DNA of 22,930 nt from Capsulimonadales bacterium (GTDB taxonomy: Bacteria > Armatimonadota > Armatimonadia > Armatimonadales > Armatimonadaceae). A program made the translations under genes and the position numbers. The number at the start of each line of letters is the position of its first letter. Position 1 is the stretch's first letter. Below are positions 5,954 to 15,537 of the stretch, piece after piece. The notes under the pieces were generated by a model. That model was given only the letters and a program-made list of their open reading frames with translations. It was not told the DNA's origin and ran no database searches. The stretch spans positions 1 to 22,930 of the forward strand of contig JANRLW010000021.1 in assembly GCA_033762295.1 (NCBI GenBank). Reading direction: 5' to 3'.

Positions 5954-6271
5954 ATGGGTTGCCAACCTAACAAGCAGGTAATAAAACCAGTGCCCCGCGT
6001 GACCCGACCGACCCGACCCGAACCCGCCCAGACGAAGATTGAGGCCGCTCTCGCCGCCTACCGCGCCCGCCTGACCGCCACTGACTACCACACCGCCGCC
6101 GCGCGGGTAGAGGAATTGTCCGACGCGGCCCTTAGCCCCGTCCTACGCGCCCGCTACGCGGAATGCCTGCGTTCAGCGGCGGCGCGGCCTGACTGCCCGC
6201 ACAACGCGAATCTCTTGGCCCGTCGCTACCTGATAGACCCCGAAATGATGGTGGGAGCCGTAGCCACTTGA
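5954..6271 (+). CDS. Small hypothetical protein convergent with the recombinase (start may be GTG 5990)
   Basis: Helical Ala/Arg-rich ORF with GC3-biased codons from about 5990. It fills the gap before the recombinase stop. Confidence 0.5.
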   Translation: MGCQPNKQVIKPVPRVTRPTRPEPAQTKIEAALAAYRARLTATDYHTAAARVEELSDAALSPVLRARYAECLRSAAARPDCPHNANLLARRYLIDPEMMVGAVAT

Positions 6272-6330
6272 CTATCCGATCCCGCTGGGCCGCCAACGAC
6301 GCACGGCGGCCCAGCAGGGTCAGCTCTCGC

Positions 6331-8652
6331 CTATTCGCTCTCCTCGCGCATCTCCATGCCCAACATCTCCTCGCGGGAGGTGGGAAGCGTGATGACACGC
6401 CTGCCGCGCTCGCGACCGATTTTGAGTGGGACGGGAATAGGCGGGGCGGCGGTGACCTTGAGCAATATGTAGCACGACAGGCTGGCTTCCTCCTCTGCGG
6501 GGGAGTACCGACTCAGGCCATCCGCGGTGACCTTCCCCCGATCCTCGCTGAATCGCACCGTGAGGATGCGCTTCAGGAGCGCGTTCCGCGAGTTCACTGT
6601 CTCCGCGGCTCTCGCGTCGGCCCTGAGCTGGTCCACGTCCGAGATCGGCTCGGCCCGCTCCACGGCGGCCAGGAGCGACCGCGCTTGCTCGCCCTCAGCG
6701 CGGAGGCGGCGTAACTCTTCCTCATCGCTTGCGAGTAGCATCTGGAGCATCATGTCCACGTGCGAGGCCATGTACCCCGACCCCATCAGTTCTCGCGCCT
6801 TGGCCTCCGCCTCGGCGCGACGGGCGGGCCGCGCCTCGGCGACCGCCCGCATCTGGGCGGCCTCCCGCGCTTCCAGTGCCGCAACCTGTTCGCGTAACCT
6901 GTCGCGTTGCATCCCCGACCTCAGCGATGCGAGGAGGTCGTCGAGCTGGTCTGTCAGGAGCGAGTCGAGGAACGCCTCCACGTTCCAGTAGCCGATGTGG
7001 ATGCCGCGATGTGGGTGCGCCTTCCGCCACGCGCCGTTGGCACTGCAATAACAGATGTGGGTGGAGGTGCCCTCCCGCCGCTTTTCCTGGGCTTTCAGTT
7101 GCGGGCCGATGGGCTTCCCACACACGCAGTACAAGACGCCCGTCATTAGGTGGGCGCGATCATTCAGGCGGATTTGCCCGCGCTCCTTTTTGGGGATGCG
7201 GTCGCCGTACCGATGTTCCTGGGCGCGGCGGGACTGCTCTTCGTGGAGGCGTTGCCACCGAGCACGGTCGGCGGTGCGCCCGTCTTCGAGGACCAACACG
7301 GGCGGGTGACGCGACGGTAACGTCAGCCCGTATCCCTTTACGTCCCCGACCATGAGCGGGTTGCCGATCCAGTCGCGCACCGTCGATGCGCCAGCCAGCA
7401 GTTCCCCGTGCCGCTCGTACACCGCCGTACAAACGCCTGTGAATCCCAGCCCGCTCTCATAAAGGGCGACCGCATCCCTCACCACCTCCATCCACCGAAC
7501 GTCCGCCACGACGCGGCCCCGCCCGTCCCGCTTCAGCCAGCGCGGCAATTTGTACAGCATCCCCTGTTGGAGTGCGGCGACCTGTCCCATGATGACCTGG
7601 CGGGTCAGGCGCGAGATGTAGTCCTCCGCGAGATGACCGAGGAGCAGGACTTTGAGCTGTTCCATGCTGTCCTCCGCCGACAGGGAGAACGCTTCCAGCG
7701 TCCCGACGACCGAGACACCGTGCCGCTCGAATATCTCCCCCAACGCTATCTGGATGTCCACGGAGCGGACGAGGCGGGTCAGTTCAGTGACGGCGACGGT
7801 CGAGAAAGCGGCGATATGATCCACGAGGATCGTCAGTGCGGGGCGGTATTTCGGAGCGGAGCGGGGCCGAGCATCGCGGCGTTCGGCGGGAATTAGGGCA
7901 AAATGCTCTTCGAGTTTTTCGACGCCCGCGAAGTATTTTTCGACGCGCATTCTACGGTATTCGTCCGTGGCCTCTCGCTGGTCGGGCCACGGTTCCACCG
8001 CCGTGCGATGGAACCGCTCGTACCGTCTGGCGCGTTTCTCCGCCATGCGACGGATCAGGTCTGGGTCATAGTGCGGCCAGCCGCCTGGCAACCCCGCGTC
8101 GCAGAAGACGAAGAAGCACTGTCCCGTGCGGACGAATAGTTCAACGCCCTTGCCGATCTGCACGGCTTCCGAGAAGCGCGGATCACCCTGAGCGAGTTCG
8201 GCGATTTCCTCGCGGTCCACCGCTTCTGCCTCGGTGTCGAGGTCAGGGAGCGACAACCCCTCGGACTTGTCGTCGGTGGCGTTGGTTCGCTCGGCGATCT
8301 CCTCCATCGCCTCGGCGAGCGAAGGGCGGTAGCGGGACTTGAACCGCTGGTCGTCGGATGACACGCGATCAACAAGTGCGCCGAACCTGCCACGCTCGTC
8401 AGGCTGCAGGTGGACGATCTCGCCCGTGCGCTCGTCAGTGATGGCGAGGATGGGACCGAGGACGCACAGCGCGGCGCGGTCGCCGTTCATCCGCGTCAGG
8501 GCCATTTTGGGCCGCATGAGGGTTTGGACCGCGCGAACAAGTTCGGTCACGGTCGGCGCGGGCGGCAGTCGCGGGTCAGGTTCGAGTGGCGTCCCCGCAC
8601 GGGCGGGGGCGATGACAGGTCGGTACGAGGCATTCGAGGACGGATCGTTCAA
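6331..8652 (-). CDS. Large serine recombinase (resolvase, recombinase, Zn-ribbon and coiled-coil domains), about 773 aa
   Basis: DRVSSDDQ (catalytic Ser motif), FCDAGLPG, YRPAL, ELTRLVRS, GHLAEDYISRL helix E, STVRDWIGNPLMVG, HLMTGVLYCVCG..YCS. Start placed at TTG 8652 after TATATT..GGGAG. The tracked extension to 8799 overlaps the host gene. Confidence 0.88.
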   Translation of the reverse strand: MNDPSSNASYRPVIAPARAGTPLEPDPRLPPAPTVTELVRAVQTLMRPKMALTRMNGDRAALCVLGPILAITDERTGEIVHLQPDERGRFGALVDRVSSDDQRFKSRYRPSLAEAMEEIAERTNATDDKSEGLSLPDLDTEAEAVDREEIAELAQGDPRFSEAVQIGKGVELFVRTGQCFFVFCDAGLPGGWPHYDPDLIRRMAEKRARRYERFHRTAVEPWPDQREATDEYRRMRVEKYFAGVEKLEEHFALIPAERRDARPRSAPKYRPALTILVDHIAAFSTVAVTELTRLVRSVDIQIALGEIFERHGVSVVGTLEAFSLSAEDSMEQLKVLLLGHLAEDYISRLTRQVIMGQVAALQQGMLYKLPRWLKRDGRGRVVADVRWMEVVRDAVALYESGLGFTGVCTAVYERHGELLAGASTVRDWIGNPLMVGDVKGYGLTLPSRHPPVLVLEDGRTADRARWQRLHEEQSRRAQEHRYGDRIPKKERGQIRLNDRAHLMTGVLYCVCGKPIGPQLKAQEKRREGTSTHICYCSANGAWRKAHPHRGIHIGYWNVEAFLDSLLTDQLDDLLASLRSGMQRDRLREQVAALEAREAAQMRAVAEARPARRAEAEAKARELMGSGYMASHVDMMLQMLLASDEEELRRLRAEGEQARSLLAAVERAEPISDVDQLRADARAAETVNSRNALLKRILTVRFSEDRGKVTADGLSRYSPAEEEASLSCYILLKVTAAPPIPVPLKIGRERGRRVITLPTSREEMLGMEMREESE

Positions 8653-8678
8653 GTCGGCTAACTCCCGAATATAGATTC

Positions 8679-8728
8679 GGCAGATGAACAGACTTTTTGG
8701 AGTAGGTTTGCAGTTTGGAGAGACTGCC
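8679..8728. other. Probable attL/attR junction
   Basis: Transporter-like hydrophobic sequence stops after ..LSKLQTY. A 50-bp segment bounded by GGCAG/CTGCC is centred on TA 8703-8704, within the Tyr45 codon. Confidence 0.55.
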
Positions 8729-8836
8729 CATATCCAGCGGATGAAATCGCTGGACCAGCGCGCCCGCCGCGACCAGCAACAGGATCGGCACCAGGACATT
8801 GACGAACAACGTGCCGATATCGTGAAGAAGGTTCAC
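8702..8836 (-). pseudogene. 5' fragment of an AEC (auxin efflux carrier / membrane transport) family transporter interrupted by the element
   Basis: MNLLHDIGTLFVNVLVPILLLVAAGALVQRFHPLDMGSLSKLQTY resembles an AEC N-terminus, followed by unrelated sequence to a stop at 8576. The start is 1 nt after the upstream gene's stop. Confidence 0.75.
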
Positions 8837-8837
8837 G

Positions 8838-9485
8838 TCAGGCGGACGCGCTTTCGGCGGCGATAATCAGGTCGCGCACGCGGGCGGCGGTCAGGGCGCC
8901 CTGGCGATACCACTCCTCGGCGGCACGGATGATGACCGGAAGCAGTGGCCCCTTGACCAGATCGAACGCGCAGGCGTTGTAGTAGTGACAGAGGGCGCGT
9001 TTGGTCATCAGCAACAGCTTCTCCGCCTCCGCGTTCTCGTCCGGCGATTCGAGAAACTCGAAGATCTCATGGACCCGGACGACGGCGTTGACATCGTCGG
9101 TCAGGCCCAGGCCGCCGGTATCGCCCATCACCCGACGCGCCTGCGCCATACGGCTCTCCGGGTGGGCGGCGAGCGTTTCCGCCGCCGTGGCGGCGTAGCG
9201 GACGATAATCTCCCGACCCAGCAGGTTGAGATAATCGGCGTACCGCTCGGTTTTCATCGTTTCCCGTTCCGGCGCGATGGCGGTCAGGTACTCGTCCATC
9301 GCGTCGTTCAGCACCGCCGTAATAAAGCCGTCCTCCAGCCCCACATAGGAGGCGACGACCGCGATGGTGATTTTGCGATAGTTCAGGACGTCGGCAAGAC
9401 GCGGGGCGAACGCGTCCTCGTCGGCCGCTTCCGTCTCCGAAAACGGTTCTCCCTCGAAGGCTTCGTCATCGTATTCCTCGCTCAT
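8838..9485 (-). CDS. Hypothetical acidic helical protein
   Basis: Long ORF with host-like codon usage. ATG 9485 follows GGGAG. Confidence 0.75.
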   Translation of the reverse strand: MSEEYDDEAFEGEPFSETEAADEDAFAPRLADVLNYRKITIAVVASYVGLEDGFITAVLNDAMDEYLTAIAPERETMKTERYADYLNLLGREIIVRYAATAAETLAAHPESRMAQARRVMGDTGGLGLTDDVNAVVRVHEIFEFLESPDENAEAEKLLLMTKRALCHYYNACAFDLVKGPLLPVIIRAAEEWYRQGALTAARVRDLIIAAESASA

Positions 9486-9597
9486 CGATCCACTCCCACG
9501 CTCCACGGGAAATTTCTCGTCCGGATCGATGGATTCCTTTGACGGCGGGCCGTTTCGATGCCGGGGAACGGTGAGTTTGTGTCACAATGCGATTGTG

Positions 9598-10386
9598 ATG
9601 AACCACCGGATCGCTTTTTCGACGCTCGGGTGTCCGGAGTGGGACCTCGATCGGATTCTGCGCGGCGCGACCGAATACGGGTACGATGCCGTGGAACTGC
9701 GGGGGTACCGCGACCGGATCGACCTGACGCAGGCCGAACCGTTTCTTCCGTCGCATCGGGAACGGACCCGCCAGCGGTTCGCCGAGGCGGGGATCGGAAT
9801 CTGCTGCGTGTCGTCGTCCGGCGTCGTGGCCGAGGGCAACCTGGATCACGTCCGGGCGCATGTCGAACTGGCGCGTGACCTCGGCGCGCCCCTGGTGCGC
9901 GTGTTCGGCGGCAATTTGCCGGAGGACGAACCGCGGGAGGAAGCGCTCGATCGCTTTGCCACGACCTTGCGAGCGTTCGGTGAGGCGGCGCGAGCCGAAG
10001 CCGTGACGATCGTCCTGGAGACGCACGACGCCTTCTCGGTCGGACAGGCGGTCGCCGAACTGCTGGAGCGAACCGCGCATCCGTCCGTCTTCGCCCTCTG
10101 GGACCTGCACCATCCTTATCGCCAGGGAGAAAGCCCGGAGGAAACCGATCATTATCTGGCGGGAAAGGTGCTCCACACCCATCTGAAGGACAGCCGGAAC
10201 GGAACCTATACGCTGCTCGGGGAAGGGGATGTGCCGCTGTTCGCCATGCTCGATCTACTGGCGCGGCGCGGGTATGAGGGAGTGCTCTGCCTGGAGTGGG
10301 AAAAACGGTGGATATCGAGCCTGGCCCCGCCCGAAACCGCCTTTCCGCAGTTTGTATCGGTCATGAAGCGTTATCTCGCCGGGTGA
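9598..10386 (+). CDS. Sugar phosphate isomerase/epimerase (xylose isomerase-like / AP endonuclease 2 TIM barrel)
   Basis: AFSTLGCPEW, GYDAVELR, LETHD, LWDLHH, HTHLKD, GEGDVP, LEWEKRW motifs. CACAAT at 9583-9588 lies just upstream of the start. Confidence 0.9.
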   Translation: MNHRIAFSTLGCPEWDLDRILRGATEYGYDAVELRGYRDRIDLTQAEPFLPSHRERTRQRFAEAGIGICCVSSSGVVAEGNLDHVRAHVELARDLGAPLVRVFGGNLPEDEPREEALDRFATTLRAFGEAARAEAVTIVLETHDAFSVGQAVAELLERTAHPSVFALWDLHHPYRQGESPEETDHYLAGKVLHTHLKDSRNGTYTLLGEGDVPLFAMLDLLARRGYEGVLCLEWEKRWISSLAPPETAFPQFVSVMKRYLAG

Positions 10387-10397
10387 TCGTCGGGAGA

Positions 10398-10428
10398 ACT
10401 CCTCGCCCCGTTCTCCGGGGCGAGGAGT
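10398..10428. terminator. 13-bp hairpin between convergent genes
   Basis: ACTCCTCGCCCCG-TTCTC-CGGGGCGAGGAGT. Confidence 0.6.
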
Positions 10429-10442
10429 AAGGTTACGAGAGG

Positions 10443-11312
10443 TTACGACTTGATCGCTTCCGCGCCGCCGACGATTTCGGCGATCTCCTTGGTGATGTTG
10501 GCCTGACGCGCCCGGTTCAGGGAAAGGGTCAGTCCGGAGATCATCTTGCCGGCGTTGTCGGTCGCACTGCTCATGGCGGTCATCCGGGACCCGTGTTCGG
10601 ACGCCACCGCTTCCAGCATCGCCTGGTAGATCAGAACGTCCACATAACGCGGCAGGACGCGTCCGAGGATGCTCTCGGCATCCGGCTCGAAGAGGTAGTC
10701 CTCTCCGCCGATGCCCGGTTCGATGTCGTCGGTCTCCGGGGCGATCGGGAGCAGCGGGATGGAGACCGGACGCTGGGTCAGGGCGGAGAGGAACTTGGTA
10801 TAGACGAGGTAGACCGCGTCGACCTCGCCGGAAACGTAAAGTTCGCGAACCTTTCGCCCGATCGCCTGCGCCTCGGCAAACGACGCACCGGTCATGTTCA
10901 TATCGTACTCGGCGACGACCGGATACGGACGGCGGCGGAAGAAGTTGTGCCCCTTGCGTCCGACGACCAGAACGCGAGTGATGGACGGATCGTACGGTTT
11001 GAGGACCTCCGACGACTTTTTCAGAATGTTGGTGGCGTAAGAGCCGCAAAGACCCCGGTCCGCCGTGATCGTCAGAACGCCGATTCGGACCGGCTCCCGA
11101 ACTTCGAGCAGGGGATGCGTGACCGATCCGCCGACCGCTCGACCGAGGGAAGCCATCGCCTCCCGCATCTTTTCACTGTAGGGGCGTGCCGCCTGAACGC
11201 GATCCTGAGCGCGTTTCAAACGGGCGGCCGCCACCATTTTCATCGCTTTGGTGATTTGCTGGATATTTTTCGCCGTGCGAATACGCGAGCGAATCTGACG
11301 CATGGAAGCCAT
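10443..11312 (-). CDS. atpG: F1F0 ATP synthase gamma subunit
   Basis: ITKAMKMVAAARL, TADRGLCGSY, SEHGSRMTAMSSATDNA, NRARQANITKEIAEIVGGAEA. Confidence 0.98.
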   Translation of the reverse strand: MASMRQIRSRIRTAKNIQQITKAMKMVAAARLKRAQDRVQAARPYSEKMREAMASLGRAVGGSVTHPLLEVREPVRIGVLTITADRGLCGSYATNILKKSSEVLKPYDPSITRVLVVGRKGHNFFRRRPYPVVAEYDMNMTGASFAEAQAIGRKVRELYVSGEVDAVYLVYTKFLSALTQRPVSIPLLPIAPETDDIEPGIGGEDYLFEPDAESILGRVLPRYVDVLIYQAMLEAVASEHGSRMTAMSSATDNAGKMISGLTLSLNRARQANITKEIAEIVGGAEAIKS

Positions 11313-11519
11313 CGGGCTGTTAACTATTCTCCTGGGTTATTTTCCGCTTTGTTCCCTTATTGTACATCGATGCGCCCTCCGAGAAAAGCCCCCGGTGAAA
11401 CACCTCGATCGCTTCGGGTGACCTGTCAAAAAAACCGGAATGCGAACGGGCAGCGGCTCCGGAAAGGAGATTGGACGCTTCGCAATACAATATTTCGGAA
11501 AACCTCGGGAGAGTGACGG

Positions 11520-12593
11520 ATGTTTCGACGGCGATGGGGTGTTTCGACGGCTGTGTGGGCGTTGCTCGTGGCGCTCGGAGGCGTCCTCTTGCCGGGGAGC
11601 GTCGCCGGGGCGCAGGCGACCCAATCGACCGGACGCCCGGTTCGAGGAACAACGGTCAAACCGGACCGGCGTCTGACGCTGCTGCTGACCGTCGCGTCGG
11701 TTCCCGGTCCCGGACAGGCCATCGTCCGCCCGATCGCCTCCGCGTCCCTGCCGAAGCCGGAGGGACTGCCGGAAGCCTTTCCCCTCCGCATAACGCCGAA
11801 AACCGTCTTTCACCTGCCCGACGGTCGCTCGACTCCGTTTCTGCCGGACGAGACGCTGGTCGTTCGCGTCGATCTGTTTGCCGCACCGACATTTCGGGGC
11901 GAGGCGCGCGAAATGTGGGATGTTCCCTCCTATGACGCCTACCAGCGGCTGAGAAAGGAGGTGGCGGTGGGCACGGTGAGTCGGGCGCCCGTCGCCGACC
12001 AGCGGCGCGGCGTACTGGTCGTGACACGAGAGGATGAAACACTGGCGGAGTACCGGGTGACCGAAAAGTCACGCTTTTGCCGGGGCGATGTCGAGGTGCT
12101 GCCGTCGGTCTACGCCGTCGGGACGCGGGTGGCGGTCAAGCCGCGAGCGTTGCCCTCCGGCGGCGCGATGGCCGGAATCGTCGCCGAATCACCGGCGGCG
12201 CTGGACCGGGCTTACCGGGATACGCTCACCGTCTGGCGCGGCGTTCTCGAGCGTGTGGAGATCGGGGCGTTCTATTTCGTCCTGCGCCGGGACGATGGAG
12301 CCAAACGCCGTGTGCGATTCCCGAAAATCATCCGGATCATGACCGAGGAGGATGCAAAGAAACGTCCCCTCACCGGGCGAATCTACCAGTTTGCCGAGAT
12401 CATCGAACACCCGATTCTGGTGCGTCTGGTGCGCGGCGAACGTCCGGACCCGGACGGGACGCGGACGGCGGACAAAATCTATCTGATCGGGGGCAAAGGC
12501 TCCCCGGTGACGCCCCCGAAACCGGTCGTGCCGCCCGGAGCCTCCGAGTTACCGAAGCCGGGGACGCCCGCCGCGAAAGGCGAAGCCTCCTGA
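11520..12593 (+). CDS. Exported hypothetical protein with repeated OB-fold-like (DUF5666-like) segments
   Basis: Signal peptide. Repeated G.V....L.V......(I/V)T..(T/S).F patterns and a Pro-rich tail. Confidence 0.7.
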   Translation: MFRRRWGVSTAVWALLVALGGVLLPGSVAGAQATQSTGRPVRGTTVKPDRRLTLLLTVASVPGPGQAIVRPIASASLPKPEGLPEAFPLRITPKTVFHLPDGRSTPFLPDETLVVRVDLFAAPTFRGEAREMWDVPSYDAYQRLRKEVAVGTVSRAPVADQRRGVLVVTREDETLAEYRVTEKSRFCRGDVEVLPSVYAVGTRVAVKPRALPSGGAMAGIVAESPAALDRAYRDTLTVWRGVLERVEIGAFYFVLRRDDGAKRRVRFPKIIRIMTEEDAKKRPLTGRIYQFAEIIEHPILVRLVRGERPDPDGTRTADKIYLIGGKGSPVTPPKPVVPPGASELPKPGTPAAKGEAS

Positions 12594-12706
12594 CCGCTTA
12601 TAAGCCGAGGGGCTTACGCCCTTATTCGCCAGCCGTCCTGAAAAAAACGGAACAGGCTCCGTGAGGTGCTGTCAATCGTGGCAGAAACGGCGGAGGCGAT
12701 GGAACG

Positions 12707-14248
12707 ATGAGCAGATTGGTGGCGCGGTTCTGGTGGATCGGGTTGGTCGTGGTGGCGGTGGGAGGAGTGTTATTTATGCGCTCCCGCCCCCGGGCGATCG
12801 CCACGGCGCATCCGGTCCGAAAGACGGTGGTGGAATCCCTTTCCGTGGCCGGACGGGCGCGAGGTCAGGTGGAAACCAGCGTCGGCGCGCAGGTGAGCGG
12901 GCGCGTCGCCGGGGTTCCGGTGCGGGAAGGGGATCGCGTGAAGGCCGGACAGATACTGGCGCGTCTGGATGACACGACCCTGCAGCAACAGGCGCGTCAG
13001 GCCGAAACCGCCGTCCTGACCGCCGAGGCGCAGGTCGCGCAGGCGACGGATGCGATCGCGACCGCCGAGGCGAACCTGACCCTGGCGTCCCGCCGCCCGC
13101 TCTCCTCCGATATCGCCCGACTGAAGGCCGACATCGCCCAGAACGTGGCGGTGGCGGAGGCTAAACTGGCGGGTGCGCGGCAGCGGTTGGCCGAATTGAA
13201 AGAGGGCGCGACGCGCGAGGTCCGACAGCAGATCCTGGCGCAGGTGGCGCAGGCGAAGGCCAACCTGGAACAGGCCGAACGGGATTATCGCCGGCAGCAG
13301 GAACTGGTGCGGGAAGGTGCGGTCGCGCAATCCGCCGCCGACAACGCGCAGACCGCCCGCGATGTGGCCCAGAAAACCTACGACAACCTGATCGCCCGGC
13401 AGGCCGAAGTAACCGTCGGAACCCGTCCGGAACAACTGGCACAGGCGGAAGCCGAGGTCCGGGCGGCACAGGCGACGGTCGCCGGCGCCAGGGCGTCCGG
13501 CGCGGCTCAGTTGCGCTCTTTGCTGGCGAACCCGCGCCCGGAAGATGTCCGGGTCGCGCGGGATCGGGTCGCCGAGGCGCGTCGAGGCAGAGAGGTCGCC
13601 GAGGCCCGTCTGCGGGAAGCGCGGATCGCTCTCGATGTCGCCCGCAGTCGTCTACGCGACGCATTGGTCACCGCGCCCTTCGACGGAATCGTTACCCAGA
13701 TCGTCACCGAGGCCGGAGGCGTCACCGGACCCAACCAGCCGATCGTTCGACTGGTGCGATTCTCCGTCCCCGAAATTCGAATCGACCTGGATGAGGTCAA
13801 CCTGGGCAAAATCCGACTCGGGCAGGAGGCCATCGTCACCTCGGAAGCCTTTCCGACACGGCAGTTTTCGGCGCGAATACGCGAGATCGGCGCGCAGGTG
13901 GATGCCGAGCGGGGAACGGTCGAAGTCCGTTTCGATCCGGTCGATCCGCCCGACTGGCTCCGCCCCGGACAGACCGTCTCCGTCAATATCATCGTCGATC
14001 AGGGAACCGAGCGCTGGACCGTTCCTCTGGTCGCCGTGACGACCGTCGGCGGAAAATCGTCCATGCTCGTCATCGAAAACAGCCGGGTCGTTCGAAAGCC
14101 GATCGAAATCGGCTCCCCCGGACCCGAAGGCGTTCCGGTCCTCACCGAATTGACCGGGAAGGAAGAGGTTGTGCTGAATAACACCGGCGTCACGGTGGGT
14201 ATGGCGGCGACGCCGCAGCCGACGAACGACACGGCACCGAAGAACTGA
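12707..14248 (+). CDS. Efflux membrane-fusion / periplasmic adaptor subunit (HlyD/MacA-like) with long coiled coil
   Basis: N-terminal TM, VSGRVAGVPVREGDRVKAGQILARLD, APFDGIV, LRPGQTV. Confidence 0.93.
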   Translation: MSRLVARFWWIGLVVVAVGGVLFMRSRPRAIATAHPVRKTVVESLSVAGRARGQVETSVGAQVSGRVAGVPVREGDRVKAGQILARLDDTTLQQQARQAETAVLTAEAQVAQATDAIATAEANLTLASRRPLSSDIARLKADIAQNVAVAEAKLAGARQRLAELKEGATREVRQQILAQVAQAKANLEQAERDYRRQQELVREGAVAQSAADNAQTARDVAQKTYDNLIARQAEVTVGTRPEQLAQAEAEVRAAQATVAGARASGAAQLRSLLANPRPEDVRVARDRVAEARRGREVAEARLREARIALDVARSRLRDALVTAPFDGIVTQIVTEAGGVTGPNQPIVRLVRFSVPEIRIDLDEVNLGKIRLGQEAIVTSEAFPTRQFSARIREIGAQVDAERGTVEVRFDPVDPPDWLRPGQTVSVNIIVDQGTERWTVPLVAVTTVGGKSSMLVIENSRVVRKPIEIGSPGPEGVPVLTELTGKEEVVLNNTGVTVGMAATPQPTNDTAPKN

Positions 14249-14289
14249 TAATTTCCGGGAAATACCGAAAGGAACAGGCGGAACGGGCG

Positions 14290-15537
14290 ATGCGTTTCGA
14301 GACTCAACTGGCAATACGCCACCTGGCGCATGGCGGCGGGCAGACCGCCCTGACGGTGGCGGCCGTCGCCATGGCGGTCACCGTCATCATCTTTATCAAT
14401 TCGCTGATTACCGGCGTTCAGGAACGGATTCTGAAGGATCTTCTGGGATCGCTGCCGCATATCACCGTCAAACCGCTGGACGACAAGCCACGAATCCTGG
14501 CGAAGACGCAGTATGTCGCACAAGCGACGGACGCTCTGCTGGGAACAAACCAGCAAAAACAGGTCCAGCAGCGCAGCCAGATCGAGAACTGGAAGCAGGT
14601 GGAGCAGGAACTGGCGCAGTATCCGGATGTTCGCGTCATCGCCTCGGCGGTTCGGGGAAACGCTTTTCTGATCCGGGGAGCCAAACGACTGGGCGTGACC
14701 GTGTCCGGAGGGGACCCTCCGGCACAGGAGAAGATCGTCGGTCTGCAGGAGAATATGATCGCCGGACGATGGCTCGATATCGGACCGGAGGACTGCGTCC
14801 TCGGCTGGCGTCTGGCGGACGAAGCCGGAGTCAATCTCGGTGACCGGGTACGGATCGAATCGGCGCAGGGGGTGGTTGCCTACTACCGCATCGCCGGTAT
14901 CTTCGATACGGGCAACAATCAGGCCGATTTCGGGCAGGTGTATGTCAATCTGCGCGCCGCCCAGTCGCTGTTCGCCACCAATCAGGAGGTCTCCTCGATC
15001 CTGATCCGCCTGAACGACCCGTTTCGGGCGAACGAAATCTCCGATCATATCGCCGCCAGCCTGCCGTATAAAACCGAATCCTGGATGCGCGAACAGGCGT
15101 TCATCGTCAATGCCTTTCAGTCGCAGAACTCCACGCGGATCATGATCTGCGGGTTTGCGCTGATGGCATCGGCCTTCGGTATCGCCTCCGTCCTGATCGT
15201 TTCGGTGGTGCAGAAATCCAAACAGATCGGCATTTTGAAGAGTATGGGGGCAAAGGACCGTCAAATCCTGATCACCTTCACGCTGGAAGGGTTGTTCATA
15301 TCGCTGCTCGGATCGGCGGTCGGTTCGGTCCTTGGCTTCCTTATGCTGAAATCACTGGAAAACATCCCGCAGGCGGCGCGCTTCGGCAAGGCGGACAAAC
15401 TGTTCAACATCATCTATGACCCGGAAATCTTCCTGAGTGCCTGCGGCGCGGCGATCGCCGCGACCCTTCTGGCGGCAATCCTCCCGGCGCGTCGGGCGGC
15501 CGGAATGAACCCGGTCGAGGTAATCCGTGGCGCATAG
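14290..15537 (+). CDS. ABC transporter permease (MacB/FtsX/LolC-E family)
   Basis: TM1, periplasmic domain, SVVQKSKQIGILKSMGA, ILPARRAAGMNPVEVIR. Confidence 0.93.
   Translation: MRFETQLAIRHLAHGGGQTALTVAAVAMAVTVIIFINSLITGVQERILKDLLGSLPHITVKPLDDKPRILAKTQYVAQATDALLGTNQQKQVQQRSQIENWKQVEQELAQYPDVRVIASAVRGNAFLIRGAKRLGVTVSGGDPPAQEKIVGLQENMIAGRWLDIGPEDCVLGWRLADEAGVNLGDRVRIESAQGVVAYYRIAGIFDTGNNQADFGQVYVNLRAAQSLFATNQEVSSILIRLNDPFRANEISDHIAASLPYKTESWMREQAFIVNAFQSQNSTRIMICGFALMASAFGIASVLIVSVVQKSKQIGILKSMGAKDRQILITFTLEGLFISLLGSAVGSVLGFLMLKSLENIPQAARFGKADKLFNIIYDPEIFLSACGAAIAATLLAAILPARRAAGMNPVEVIRGA

Larger units (their letters stand above)
1..8704. mobile_element. Serine-recombinase integrative element / genomic island, one end only (continues beyond position 1)
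   Basis: Large serine recombinase lies directly next to a truncated host transporter gene. Cargo is metal-resistance-like. By eye the sequence is more GC-rich than the region to the right. Confidence 0.85.

Noticed and set aside
8653..8799. Tracked N-terminal extension of the recombinase (MSWCRSCCW...)
   Set aside because: It is an alternative frame of the host transporter fragment across the junction. A TTG start with SD exists at 8652.
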